Assembly (NCBI GenBank): GCA_011109175.1
Contig: RDEW01000014.1
Location: 62,001-126,000, forward strand
Direction of reading: 5' to 3'
DNA from: Dicyema japonicum
Lineage: Eukaryota > Animalia > Dicyemida
DNA length: 64,000 nucleotides
Part shown: piece after piece, positions 1 through 12,850 of the stretch
Position numbering within the stretch: the first letter of the stretch is position 1
Layout of the letters: each line of letters starts with the position of its first letter
Position numbers and translations under genes: made by a program
The notes under the pieces: model-generated
What the model saw: the letters and a program-made list of their open reading frames with translations, nothing else
Databases searched by the model: none
What the model was told of the DNA's origin: nothing

Positions 1-29
1 GGTAGAAAAGGTCTGCACACGACCTATGG

Positions 30-560
30 GAGAAGCAAGAAATTGGTTTCTTCAATGATCCGACACAATTGTCTAAATAAATCCTTTCAGTTATCTTCAA
101 AATTGAACACACCACAGGGTCCCTCTTGGATTTTCCTAGATTGGTGACTATTCTTACTATAGACCTCTTCCATAAAGTGAAATAAATCCAGTCTATGTGA
201 TGGTTTGTAGAATCCGAACTTGATCACTAAAGGTAGAAATAATTCTCCTACTTGTTTGTGGAGACCCAAAGGCATTGAGCTGTTTGTCCCAGCTTTTACA
301 TTTGTCAGGGAATTGTAGACCTAGCATTTTGAAATGGTTCCAGATAGTCAGAATTTTTGATTCCAATGTAGCTGGTCAATTGTTGTGGTGTCAGAAAGCT
401 AGTAATTATTCATAGAGCGGAGTTTCGAGTCGTTTGTATTTTTCGACAAGGTAATGATAAACAGGTACCCCGGCAAAAAACATCATAGTTCATCGTCGTT
501 GTAATAAACTGTCAGTAAATATTGGTCAAGCTCACTTTGCTCTGGCCAAATGATGTACCC
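30..560 (-). mobile_element. Highly degenerate LINE APE-endonuclease remnant
   Basis: Minus-strand translation loosely follows the APE C-terminal pattern (FNARS, PLGLHKQVGELFL, RLDLF); many stops and frameshifts. Confidence 0.3.
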
Positions 561-642
561 GAGCTTTGTCGTTCTAATAAATTGTCTGTTAATAGTATCC
601 GTTTATCTTAGTATCTTGGAGACTAGCGACTAATACTATAAC

Positions 643-1946
643 TAGGGCGAACTAAGTTAAAAAAGTTAAAATTTAATAATAGTAAATAAATAATCATTAA
701 AATTATTTTTAACTATATTTTATTATAAAAAATGTATATTATACAAAATTATTAGGTTAAAAAGTTAAAATTTAAAATTATGTGGTTAAAATTCTTTGAA
801 CCTTACTTACTTTATTTATTTATTTTGTAGCAATCAAAAAGTTTTTGATATTACGGATGAAACAAAAATCCGGGTCCAAAGATGCGTTGCTGTGATGATT
901 GGATCGTTTAATTCTCTTGAAACAACATATCTGATTCGTTTAAGGCAATAGAATCTGCTCCTAACATGTACATCATTACTCGATAGTCGATGATGCACTT
1001 GGAAATAATTTGGTTCAAAGGGAAAATTTCCTTTTGTTAATTTCGGATGCTGCAATTTATATGAAATTAGGTAAAATTTTATGTTTTAGCTGCAAAATAG
1101 TTAAAAAATCTAAACCTTAAATTATTCCATGACACATGTGGCGTTCATCTATTACACAATTGTTATGAGAAAATAAGAGACTCTTGTCCGGAAATTGATT
1201 TGATGATATCTACTGTACAAGCTGCAATTAACAAAAACAATAGAAGAAAATTAATATTCAAAGACAGAAACATCGCCATTTCACCTCGTGTGCATTTGAC
1301 AAGATGGGGACCTGGCTTAAGGCCGCTACATACTATTCAGAAAATCTGATCTGAGTTTAAAATATTTTCGAATTATTCGGGTAATGGATATCTAGTTCGA
1401 ACAGCTAAAGAAAGTCTAAAAAACCACATGTTAGTTTGCAGTCTATGTGACCTTATCCGAAGTTATTCGAACATTCCAAGTTTCCGAATAATGTAGCTAT
1501 TGCAGATATTATTACGAAATTTAAAAGTATACGCTTCACAACTAAACAAGCATTTGATAGTTAGAATCGTTGGAATTTGGAAATGACAACAAATTTATTA
1601 AAGAATACATAAATAAAAGGCTTCAAAAAATGATATTTCAAAAATAATGAAAATGAATAATTCATATGTATCTCCTGCCGAGTATTCATTACTCCTGAAT
1701 TGTCAGCCTACTTTGTGCTCGATTGAACGATGTTTCTCGGAGATTAAGAATTTTCTAAAATCCAACTGACATTTTCTACCATGAATTTTAGAAAATTATG
1801 TAATTTGTATGTGTAACAAAAAGTTTTAGTGTTTTTATTGTTTAGTTATGAAGTTAAATTTTTGGCTTATTTTTTTTGGTTTTAGGTTAATAAAGTTATT
1901 TTTTAGGTTAAATTATTTATTTTTTAGTTTAAAAAAATTCGCCCTA
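643..1946 (+). mobile_element. Defective hAT-superfamily DNA transposon (CGGBP/DUF659-like transposase remnant) with terminal inverted repeats
   Basis: 9-bp TIR TAGGGCGAA (643-651) / TTCGCCCTA (1938-1946). Internal frames read LLISDAAIYMK, FHDTCGVHLLHNCYEKIRD, TRWG and SIERCFSEIKNFL (hAT C-terminal dimerisation motif). Flanking 8-mers TATATAAC / CTTATCAC match 5/8. Confidence 0.75.
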
Positions 1947-3169
1947 CTTATCACACATCTATATGTCCAATAATTTGTTACTCCACCTAAGAGTTATCTT
2001 AACAATGTCCGTAAAGAAATCTACAAGACTCAGGGAAATGTTTGAGGAGAATCTGTATCTGAGAGGTCAATAAAGACAATTTTTGTATAGCGACCCCATT
2101 GAGGAGGACTATAGAAGATAGCAATGGGAGAGATTCTATATCGGAATGGATGGGGGATGTTGTTATCAATTAATAAATAGGTGAGTAGAGATTGTAGCAA
2201 TTCTAAAGAAATGACAGAAGATTATCTATTATTTTGATCATGTGTTCGATCAGAGACTAAAGTCGTGTGTGGGTTCGATTGGTATCTCTACTGGCATTTG
2301 CTGAATAATTCAATAAGATGGGATATTTGATTATATTACTCAACCAAACAAATATATTAAGTGGAGTATCTCTGGTTGTAATAGTATGTTGTAATAGTAG
2401 TTATTAGTAGTATTATATATCATCGGTTATGTTTATGTATTTTGGTTGAGGTGGTGACGTGCTTATCTTGCACAAATGTCTTTTTAATGCATTCAATTCT
2501 CCAAACAAGGAGGATGGAATCGACTTACAGTGCGTATCCAGAGATGCATGGAAGTGGAATCTCAAATTAGTTAACTTTTCTGGTTCCGCGGACATTGCTA
2601 GTAATAATAATTGTTTGTGTAGAGGAAGGGGATGATCATGTAGGTTTTTCAAAAGGCTGATGTATTCTTTATTCCTGGTGGCTATTATATATTATAATTC
2701 TATTAGGTGGGTCATATTCTATTACCAATAGTACTAGGAGAACTGCTACATTGACATATGTGTTTGATTCTGATGCTACAACGTACACTACTAAGTTATA
2801 ATTGTAGCTACAGTTTACAGCTTTATAATAAGACGACTCAACGGAGATCAAAAGGAGAACAAAGCCGTGGTAATTAAACTTTTATATTAGGGGTTCTAAC
2901 CTTTTTCAACAAATGCTCCACTTTTTTTGTTAAACATACCCATGTACCACTTTTTATCATACTTAAGATTAAATAAAATTAATTTTTTACATGTTTGTAT
3001 ATATCAAATTAATTTAAATAAATTATTTAAAATATTTTATGAACTTTGACATCTTGTGCCAGTAACATCATTAGTCAATTGAATGTTGTCAATCTGTTTT
3101 AATGTTTATCTATGATTATAAAAATAAAGAGCTTTAACAAAAGTTTGTCAGATAAATTTTTGTGAAATT

Positions 3170-3400
3170 ACTCTGTGGACCACTCCAGATTCTCAGTGTA
3201 CCACAGGTGGTCCACCTGACCTCTTTGGGAAACACTGGGCTTGAGAGTATAACTGAAAGAAAATTTTTTTGTACAGAAAAATACGGAAAGCTCTCTTCCT
3301 CGTCTCCTCATGTCGCCCATATAATCCCCTTGTGAATAATTGACCCCCAAATATCGCATACGGTATTTCTTATTCACTCCGAGTGTGGATTCCTTTTTAA
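3170..3400 (-). mobile_element. Possible LINE RT C-terminal remnant
   Basis: RYLGV...DMRRR in ORF 3168-3377 resembles the post-RT YLG motif; short and weak. Confidence 0.25.
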
Positions 3401-3779
3401 ATGATTTTCCATGACATATTCAGAGTGCATTAGAAGTTCAGTAGAGATTCAACCACTTCATGTTCACCACTACACAATCTGGTCAACATAATCTGCGTAT
3501 CTGATCTCAGATGTAGTGGGTTTTTGCGGATGTGTTCATCATCTGCATTATATGTCAAGAATACTAACAGTTCGCAGAGCAAATCTTAGAAGGAATGATT
3601 TTCTAACTAAACACCAATTTTCAACGCTGACAGTCGAATTAAAATGTACTTTACATACAATCGGGCTATCTGTCTCTATCAACCGTAAACTCAACAATCT
3701 AAAAGACAAGATGTTTTCTATATTTGACCATGGACGAAACACTACATAATTAATCTACTAAATAATCTCAAAATTGTGG

Positions 3780-4593
3780 CTAAATAATGAAAAATTGACA
3801 GTCACTACTTAATGAATGATACCGACTTCGGCGACGATTTAATATGAAAATGATGGCAAAAATTATAATTCCAACAATTACACCAATTGCTATTAAATAT
3901 CTGCTATCTAAATTTAAGTATTTATGTACTTTTTTGACTTTTACTGCTAATATACAATATATTTTTTAGTCTATCAAATTCACATTCGAAAGCTAAATCA
4001 TGATTAATCTTAAAATAACCATTTCCTATAAAATTGTGCGATTATCTGTTTTCCAAGATTGTATTTTCATATCACTTATAGTGACAATACCAGTTGGAGG
4101 TACATTTATGACATATTTGCTGCATTTATAGTAACCGTTTTTTGTGATTTTTTCTGGAAAACGGACAAATTTATAAAAATCTAGATTAATAAACCATTTT
4201 TTTTACCTTTATGATTATGTGACAAACAAATAGATGAAATACGATCTTTAATATAATAAGATCTGATAGCATATGTTAATTTTACGCCATTTTTCTTCCA
4301 CGAAAATGCAAATTTACGACGATCAATTATTTTAAAAGCAAATGTTGCATCATTCAAATTTTCATATTTAGTCTATTCAATAAAATGTGATTACAGTGTT
4401 GTTAATAGTGTATGAAACATCAATTTTTCCTTTAAATAATGCTATAATCGAGCATCCTCTCTAACAACCCACATTGGTGTTGCATTATCCACTATTACTG
4501 TAGTTATATTTCACTCATTATTGAGTTACAAATGATTAAAGATGAATATACTAGTGATATTATTTATTGTTATGTACCTAGTAATTGGAGCAT
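3780..4593 (-). pseudogene. LAMP-family-like type I membrane glycoprotein, disrupted, with tiny introns
   Basis: Spliced start MLQLLVYSSLIICNS is signal-peptide-like. Segments CSIIALFKGKIDVSYT, NGYYKCSK, DMKIQSW, AFECEFD are followed by TM YLIAIGVIVGIIIFAIIFIL and tail NRRRSRYHSL (YxxL). Candidate 22-27 nt GT-AG introns; several stops and frameshifts remain. Confidence 0.5.
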
Positions 4594-4929
4594 TCGAACA
4601 GAGTAATTGTCACAATTAATTAAAAATTTTATTAAAATAAATTCAAATAAATTAAATTAAATTATATACTATAAATTAATGATAATTTTATTTAATCAGA
4701 AATTATTTAGATTTAGTTATTTCATAATTATGAATACTTTTACCAGTTTTACTTAATAAATTATATACATTTGTCTATTTTTTAAATTATATACATTTGT
4801 CTATTTCAGATAATAGCCTTCAAAATCTTTTTTAATTTGGTTATACATTAACCTATTTATTTAAGCAAATAGAATAAGAATGTTTATACTATAGTGTTGA
4901 TATATTGACATACAGTCTCAGAAAAATAT

Positions 4930-5190
4930 GGTCGATTTAGTCACTGACCCAGTTCATGCTTCTAAACAAGAAATGAAGTCAGAGAAAAAGAAGTATTGAA
5001 GGATCATGGAGGATTACTTTTTTGTCCCATTTGCTGTTGAAACGTCAGAAATCTTGGCCCACGATCTAGTCTATCAAATAGGCTCAAAAATCCAAAAGAA
5101 CCACAAAGATCCACGTGAGAGTGGATAGCTTTGAATGCGAATCTCAATAGCCATTGTCAGAGGAATCATGTGCAATTCTAGGTCACTAAA
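4930..5190 (+). mobile_element. CRE-like non-LTR retrotransposon, REL endonuclease 3' remnant
   Basis: YFFVPFAVETS...IGSKIQ...DPRES...RISIAIVRGN matches the FVPxAxET / RxSIAxxRGN REL terminus. Confidence 0.7.
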
Positions 5191-5229
5191 TGAATTGCTC
5201 TTTTAACTGTTTAATTTTTAAAATTTAAT

Positions 5230-5560
5230 TTTTTAAGTGATTCCAACCGGAGAGTGCCAGTCTTAGATTCACATTTTTCAACCTTAAATTTTTCGAGCCA
5301 TCCGCGACTGGCATAAAATCTGCTATGTGGGGTATCTTGCATCTCTCTCCCCCTTTCAATGAATAATTGCGTCATTAAGAACTGCTTTTCTGGTTTCCAT
5401 AGTTCAATCCATGACATGTTATCCTCATCGATTTTATTGAACTTCAAATAAAGAATTCCGAGTTCTGAAAAGCGCTTGGTGGATACATTTTTTCGCTGCT
5501 CACGCTACTGAAGGATTGTCTTGAAATAACACGTCTGAATCCTCCGGAAAATATTTCGAA
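5230..5560 (-). mobile_element. pogo/Tigger-like transposase remnant (CENP-B type HTH)
   Basis: FYASRGWLEKFK in ORF 5211-5447 matches the FxASxGWLxxFK motif of CENP-B/Tigger. Confidence 0.6.
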
Positions 5561-5736
5561 CACTCATGTAAGCGAAATCCCTAGATTTTGATCTATAAAT
5601 TTTATAATTTGGAGATTTTTATTTCACGGCAAATATCACAATATAAACAAAAATAGACAACATAATGAGATGCCTTGTCCACAAGAGTTCATGCTACTCC
5701 TTTTGGAGTATTCCAAACGGATCAAAACAATCCCTG

Positions 5737-6393
5737 AGACGAAAATGGTTATCTTCCCTACCCATAAAGAACACAGTAAAACTCACAAACAACTAATAAA
5801 CTATTATTTATTGAACAGTTACGAAACCCGCCAAAATACATGCAATTACTGACCAATCACAGTTCCCAAAATTACTTTTTTCCATCTCGAACAAGTATGG
5901 AAGACAATCTGTTCTTTACGAAATTGTATGCCTGTGGCACCAATGGACATCACGTGAAGCTCTTGGNNNNNNNNNNNNNNNNNNNNNNNNNNNNNNNNNN
6001 NNNNNNNNNNNNNNNNNNNNNNNNNNNNNNNNNNNNNNNNNNNNNNNNNNNNNNNNNNNNNNNNNNNNNNNNNNNNNNNNNNNNNNNNNNNNNNNNNNNN
6101 NNNNNNNNNNNNNNNNNNNNNNNNNNNNNNNNNNNNNNNNNNNNNNNNNNNNNNNNNNNNNNNNNNNNNAGACGAAAATGGTTATCTTCCTTACCCATAA
6201 AGAACACAGTAAAACTCACAAACAACTAATAAACTATTATTTATTGAACAGTTACGAAACCCGCCAAAATACATGCAATTACTGACTAATCACAGTTCCC
6301 AAAATTACTTTTTTCCATCTCGAACAAGTATGGAAGACAATCTGTTCTTTACGAAATTGTATGCCTGTGGCACCAATGGACATCACGTGAAGC
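5737..6393 (+). repeat. 224-bp near-identical direct duplication (5737-5960 / 6170-6393) flanking an N gap
   Basis: The same sequence lies on both sides of gap 5967-6169; only two substitutions noticed. Confidence 0.95.
5967..6169. other. Assembly gap (N run)
   Basis: Run of N; ORFs called across it are artefacts. Confidence 1.
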
Positions 6394-6559
6394 AGTTTGG
6401 CTCTCGTTTTTATTGGCTTTGACGAGTTTATACAACTACTTTGTGAAAACTCACTGTCCTAAGTAGATTCGATAATTACAGCAATTTTACAATCTGAAAA
6501 GTACAAAAAACAACCCATCGTAATATGAGCGGACTTTTTTGTTACCATTCCTCTCCATA

Positions 6560-7730
6560 TGCCTATTACATTTGCAATAACATTAACAGTTTATTAACGA
6601 GATTTAAGAGTTATTCGGATGGTATTTCATCTGAGTCCTAACTTAAAGATTGGAATGTCTTCCTGGACCCTCCCTCCTTTATTTATTCTCTCAAACTGTT
6701 CGTTAAGTCTTTTGTGATTTTTGGATCTTTGATTTACTTCTGAAATCGTCGATCCGTTTTTCCACAGTCCTGCTAATTTACACCAGAATGAAATTTTCCT
6801 CTTCGCTCAGAACGGCAATCAACTTCCTGTAAAGGGAGAACTTAAATGCAACTCTCATTGATTAACTAGGAGGATGAGATATTTTTTTCTGAGAAAAGAA
6901 CCATCCCTCAAACCAATACAGTAGGCCGGGAGTATAACTCCTTTGAAAATAAAGTAACTCAAATGGTTTTTTTTTCATTTTTTTATGTTGTCCATATAAT
7001 TTTCAAAGTTTCCATAATGGACTCCCAAATATTGCAAACAGTATGTATATTTTTTTTAGATTATTTCTTTGACAGTTCATTCGAAGTCACAGGATTTTTA
7101 GTTGAGAGATTTAACTTCCTCAAGCTGCACTATTGCTAAATATGTTCCACATACACGCATAGTCTCTTCCAGGACGAAAATCATATGCTCTGGAATCAGA
7201 AAGTCATTTTACTCTTTATTTTTTTTTTGTCTCTTAAAAATGATATGTACAACATATAGCGATAGACATATTAAGAAAATCGGGCTGTAACTTGCCTGAT
7301 CTCTCTCGAGTATCCCTGGTCTAGGAATCAACCTCACAACAGCTTTCTTTCATATTAATTTTTATGAAGATTGAAGACCTGATCTTTATTTTTGAGAATA
7401 CGCGTATTCACAATTATACGGATATTAAAGAATTAGTAGAAACAGAAAACCTACGAGTTTTTTATGTACCCACCACTTCTCAATTCCATTGAGAATGTAT
7501 TCAGCACATGGAAAAAGTATGTTCCACTTTTCTTTTAGTGCAGGTGGCCCATATTTGACAAGTTCTGAATTGATTCCATCCGGTCCAGGGGAGCGACCAT
7601 TCTTAAGTTTGACTATTGCATTTGAGATTTCGCCTGGTGTGATAACTTTATCAAGTTGGGTGGCCTATCCACAAGTATTTCTCCGCGGACAGTTAATATA
7701 TCCTCGAAATACGACGCAAAATATATAGCA
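6560..7730 (-). mobile_element. Degenerate LINE reverse transcriptase fragments
   Basis: ITPGEISNAIVKLKNGRSPGPDGINSELVKYG, AVVRLIPRPG...SYSPIFLI, DFRPGR, QYLGV; internal deletion and stops. Confidence 0.75.
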
Positions 7731-8399
7731 TTATCTTTGAGATTTTTAAGAATATTCCATTTCCGACATGGAGTTAGAGTTTGTTCGTTTGTTTTCTGCT
7801 ATTATCTATTTATTTTTTTTGATAATTAAAAATTTTATTAATTTTTGAAAAATCAAATTACCGACTATATAGTGGATTTTATATTAGCAAAACCTAAAAA
7901 ACCTTATAATCCTCAACATCCTTTGACAATTTGATGCTGATGTAAATTGTCCTGTTTCCTAGCTTGGCACAACTCAATTCTTATCCAATTTAATAGTTTA
8001 CCCATAACTGAAAATTTAACTTCATTGACAAATCTTTGATGGATGTCGACGATATTTTGACAAGGTACGATCTATCTTTAACCAAATAATCAGCTTGGGA
8101 ATTATTTAATAGGGGACATCAAGTACGAACAAGACAATACCGAAATGAACTCAGCAAAATAATAAAATAGTTACATTCCTCTGAACAAATTGAGACAAGA
8201 CAAAACAAAAACATTTTTTCTACTAATATAATTGACTTCGAGAATAACATAAAACCAACTCCTGCAGATCTGACGGAATACCCATAATTATTCTTAAAAA
8301 TTTGGATCTTATCGCTCTCATCGTTTTAGCATAGAATTAATCCATCAATCAGAATTCTATCGTCATTATCTAAAAATTATCAAATATACAATCGACTTC

Positions 8400-9060
8400 G
8401 AATTCTGGGACCGATAAAAGTACAAGAATATTACAAAAAATGAATTGGTAACTTCGTGGGTTATGGAGAGGAATGGTCATATCAAAAACCTCAAGAAAGT
8501 CTTGAAGTTCCTATCTAACACAATGTAACAGTGATCTCTCTTGTCGCCGTCACTTTTAATCTGTTGTTACAAGCCTTACAAACAAAATACGACGGCAACT
8601 CACTAATGCAGATGCTGTAAATGCCACATCCACCAACAGATAACCACTGGACGCTTCCATGACTTCTTGACTAAATAGATGTTTGAGCAGAATTTATCAA
8701 CGATAAATCATGCACATCTCTAAAATCATGCACATCTCGAACAGAAGATTCTTTTACTTTGGTATAACCATGCTTCTCAACGGAAAACAAACCCCACACA
8801 AAAACTAGATCAAAAAATTTGGACTTAATATCAACTCGTGACTTTTTGATGACACTTGAGCAACGTATTGCCAAGAGAACACAGAATTTCATGAAAGGCG
8901 TCAGCTTTGGTTGTGTCGTTTGGCCATTAACCTAGCAAAACTCTCTTGAAGATCAACGCTCTTGATCGAGAATGAGTTTTTCTAGGATTTTGGAGGTGGC
9001 ACACAGGAGGGATATAGATCTGTACGAAGCTGGTGACTCCTTCGACCGTCCAAGTTATAG
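8400..9060 (+). mobile_element. Jockey/I-like LINE RT remnant (second copy ~10200-10840)
   Basis: VISLVAVTFNLLL (SPxLFN-like), NADA (YADD-like), KNLDLISTRDFL...KRTQNFMKGVSFG. Confidence 0.55.
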
Positions 9061-9253
9061 GTAAATTTTTTAGTTTGAACTTTTGATTTTTAATGAAATT
9101 ATAGAAAAAGATCAGTAAAAATAATTTTTTTAATAATGTGTGGCCAATTTAAGAGTTGGCCAATTAAAAAGACTTCACTGTATATTGACGAGAGGGATTC
9201 CTCAAAATTGTAAGAAAAATGCATTTGGCTTTACAAATTCCTGAATACTCGTT

Positions 9254-10041
9254 NNNNNNNNNNNNNNNNNNNNNNNNNNNNNNNNNNNNNNNNNNNNNNN
9301 NNNNNNNNNNNNNNNNNNNNNNNNNNNNNNNNNNNNNNNNNNNNNNNNNNNNNNNNNNNNNNNNNNNNNNNNNNNNNNNNNNNNNNNNNNNNNNNNNNNN
9401 NNNNNNNNNNNNNNNNNNNNNNNNNNNNNNNNNNNNNNNNNNNNNNNNNNNNNNNNNNNNNNNNNNNNNNNNNNNNNNNNNNNNNNNNNNNNNNNNNNNN
9501 NNNNNNNNNNNNNNNNNNNNNNNNNNNNNNNNNNNNNNNNNNNNNNNNNNNNNNNNNNNNNNNNNNNNNNNNNNNNNNNNNNNNNNNNNNNNNNNNNNNN
9601 NNNNNNNNNNNNNNNNNNNNNNNNNNNNNNNNNNNNNNNNNNNNNNNNNNNNNNNNNNNNNNNNNNNNNNNNNNNNNNNNNNNNNNNNNNNNNNNNNNNN
9701 NNNNNNNNNNNNNNNNNNNNNNNNNNNNNNNNNNNNNNNNNNNNNNNNNNNNNNNNNNNNNNNNNNNNNNNNNNNNNNNNNNNNNNNNNNNNNNNNNNNN
9801 NNNNNNNNNNNNNNNNNNNNNNNNNNNNNNNNNNNNNNNNNNNNNNNNNNNNNNNNNNNNNNNNNNNNNNNNNNNNNNNNNNNNNNNNNNNNNNNNNNNN
9901 NNNNNNNNNNNNNNNNNNNNNNNNNNNNNNNNNNNNNNNNNNNNNNNNNNNNNNNNNNNNNNNNNNNNNNNNNNNNNNNNNNNNNNNNNNNNNNNNNNNN
10001 NNNNNNNNNNNNNNNNNNNNNNNNNNNNNNNNNNNNNNNNN
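9254..10041. other. Assembly gap (N run)
   Basis: Run of N. Confidence 1.
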
Positions 10042-11289
10042 AGAATAACATAAAACCAACTCCTGCAGATCTGACGGAATACCCATAATTATTCTTAAAA
10101 ATTTGGATCTTATCGCTCTCATCGTTTTAGCATAGAATTAATCCATCAATCAGAATTCTATCGTCATTATCTAAAAATTATCAAATATACAATCGACTTC
10201 GAATTCTGGGACCGATAAAAGTACAAGAATATTACAAAAAATGAATTGGTAACTTCGTGGGTTACGGAGAGGAATGGTCATATCAAAAACCTCAAGAAAG
10301 TCTTGAAATTCCTATCTAACACAATGTATCAGTGATCCCTCTTGTTCCGTCACTTTTAATCAGTTGTTACAAGCCTTACAAACAAAATACGACGGCAACT
10401 CACTAATGCAGATGCTGTAAATGCCACATCCACCAACAGATAACCACTGGACGCTTCCATGACTTCCTGACTAAATAGATGGTTGAGCAGAATCTATCAA
10501 CGATAAATCATGCACATCTCGAACAGAAGATTTTTTTACTTTGGTATAACCATGCTTCTCAACGGAGAACAAACCCCACACAAAAGCTAGATCAAAAAAT
10601 TTAGACTTAATATCAACTCGTGACCTTTTGATGACACTTGATCAATGTATTGCCAAGAGAACACAGAATTTCATGAAAGGCGTCAGCTTTGGTTGTGTCG
10701 TTTGGCCATTAACAAAGCAAAACTCTCTTGAAGATCAACGCTCTTGATCGAGAATGAGTTTTTCTAGTATTTTAGAGGTGGCACACAGGAGGGATATAGG
10801 TCTGTACGAAGCTGGTGACTCCTTCGACCGTCCAGGTTATAGGTAAATTTTTTAGTTTGAACTTTTGATTTTGAATAAAATTATAGAAAAAGATTAGTAA
10901 AAATAATTTTTTTAATAATGTGTGGCCAATTAAAGAGTTGGCCAATTAAAAAGACTTCACTGTATATTGACGAGAGGGATTCCTCAAAATTGTAAGAAAA
11001 ATGCATTTGGCTTTACAAATTCCTGAATACTTGTTCTGTTAAATCTCGTATGAAAGATTAGCATATCAAATGGTTTCATTTCCACATGTCTGACATTTTT
11101 TTGCATTAAAAAATGATGTTTCTTTACCGAAATGAGTCCCTTCAATCGATGGCACAGCTAATGACTACGAGCATATCGGTCGAGTTTTTTATTTTCATAT
11201 TAAGTAGTTATAAAAATGTCGGTTTACAATCACAATAATTTAGTCACCGCTAAATTCTAAAACTAACTGAACTATTTCAGGAAGATTCA

Positions 11290-12200
11290 TAGTAATATTT
11301 AGCTGCTGGTAGCCAACTACCTCATCTTTTATATTTTGTTGCGGTTGACTGGAATACGTCTGGATTAAGAAAGTAGTTAGTTTGGTTTTATCACTGGTCT
11401 TTGGAATAATTTTATTAATTTATTATTTTATCACAGTTGATTACAATCGAACAATTTGTACAAAATAGTTCCCCATTTAAGTTGACTATAAACTAAAAAT
11501 ATAAGTAATCGCATTAGAGATGGCCCTTGCACTCATTTTTCCAATAACTTTGATAAGGTGCATAGTAAAGAGATAGGTCGAACTGATGCAGGATTGTTTT
11601 TAGGCTTACCAGGCTTAAGGATTGGGCGTATACAGGACAGTTTTCCAGATAGTTGGAATTGTATTCATGTTTATTAAATAGTTGAAAATCACTGTGATTG
11701 CATCAATCGCAATAGGTCCAAGATGTTTTAGTAAAATACCAGGGATAGAATCTGTCCCACATGAGAGGGAAGAATTCAACCTCTTTAAACCTTCACTGAT
11801 ATCTGAATGAGAGATAAAGTTAATCGGATGTGATCCCTTTGGTCTTATTGAAGATAAAGAAGGCCCATTTTCCTGAAAAGTTTGTGGCTTATATTTGCGT
11901 AATATTTCATGAGCTTGTTAAGACTGTGCTGACATGTCTTTTGTCTTTCAAAATTTCCTAGTGGACCAAGTTGTTTAATCTACAATCGTATATGTGGTTC
12001 CGGATTTCTCCGTATTGGGGAGAAAGATGGACATCCAATCGGCCTCTCACTGTTTCACGCAATCGACTTCCTCTGCAAGGATTAATGACGGCACTTCCGT
12101 TCGGCAGTGGGAATAATGGAGACGCACAGGCTTTGGATGGCACGTTTGCTTGCGTGAATTGGGATCACCTAACAATTTGACATTATTTTGTCTTTCTTTC
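11290..12200 (-). mobile_element. Jockey-like LINE ORF2 remnant (linker plus RT N-terminus)
   Basis: SCGTDSIPGILLKHLGP...IPTIWK...ILKPGKPKNNPASVRPISLLCTLSKLLEK. Confidence 0.8.
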
Positions 12201-12689
12201 TGAGTGGTCTGGGGCTACTAAATAATAATCAGCTAATTAATTAACAGGACTGTAAATAAAAATAGATATTAAAAGCATTATGTAAATAAAAAGATAGACT
12301 CCATCCTCATTTTCGAAAACGATAGACAGCTCAAAAATTATCTTTAACATGTTTTCCCGCAACAGTCGCGTTTAACCAAAACTCTCAAATGTGAAGGATA
12401 CAAATAGCCTGAATGTTTCCGATCACAAGTCGACAGCAATCTTCGATAAAATTCAGCTAAAAAAGATGTCCATAGAATAGGCCACATTCCACATTTTTTT
12501 TCCAAGTACGTATAGATTAACCGAAAGCATCAAGTTAACGAGATGAAGGATTCTCCCTGCAGTATGGTCACATGAATTTTTAATTGTCGGCATTTTAGTG
12601 TAATTATATCTTCGATTAGTAAATTAATTATTATATTGAGCGACTTTAATGGCTAGGTATTTTAGATAAGACCTCGAAACAATCAGTCC

Positions 12690-12850
12690 CACGAGATACT
12701 AGTATATTTTAACATGTGTAACGCCCCAAGCAATGTTTCAACCATTAGCGAATGGGAATATCGTTATCCCTTCGGGGCGTCGCCATCGCAAAGGAAGAAA
12801 CTAGTGGTGGCCAGCAGAAAGAGTACATTTGTAATGTAAGTTATTACCTC
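12690..12850 (-). mobile_element. CRE-like REL fragment (copy on + strand at ~35590-35672)
   Basis: Across a 1-nt frameshift the segment reads DG(x)RPEGITIFPFANG*NIAWGVT, matching DGxRPDGxTxxPxxxGxxLxWDVT. Confidence 0.7.

Larger units (their letters stand above)
8241..11031 (+). repeat. ~1-kb near-identical direct duplication (8241-9250 / 10042-11031) flanking an N gap
   Basis: Collinear copies on either side of gap 9254-10041 with scattered SNPs; the first copy has an extra tandem unit (aaatcatgcacatct) near 8705-8735. Confidence 0.95.

Noticed and set aside
1950-2880. Small ORFs 2413-2652 and 2669-2851 as a gene
   Set aside because: No recognisable motif or convincing splice model; left unassigned.
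9164-10122. Long ORFs of 289-306 aa (and 5840-6229, 5950-6225) in the ORF track
   Set aside because: They consist almost entirely of X from N gaps.
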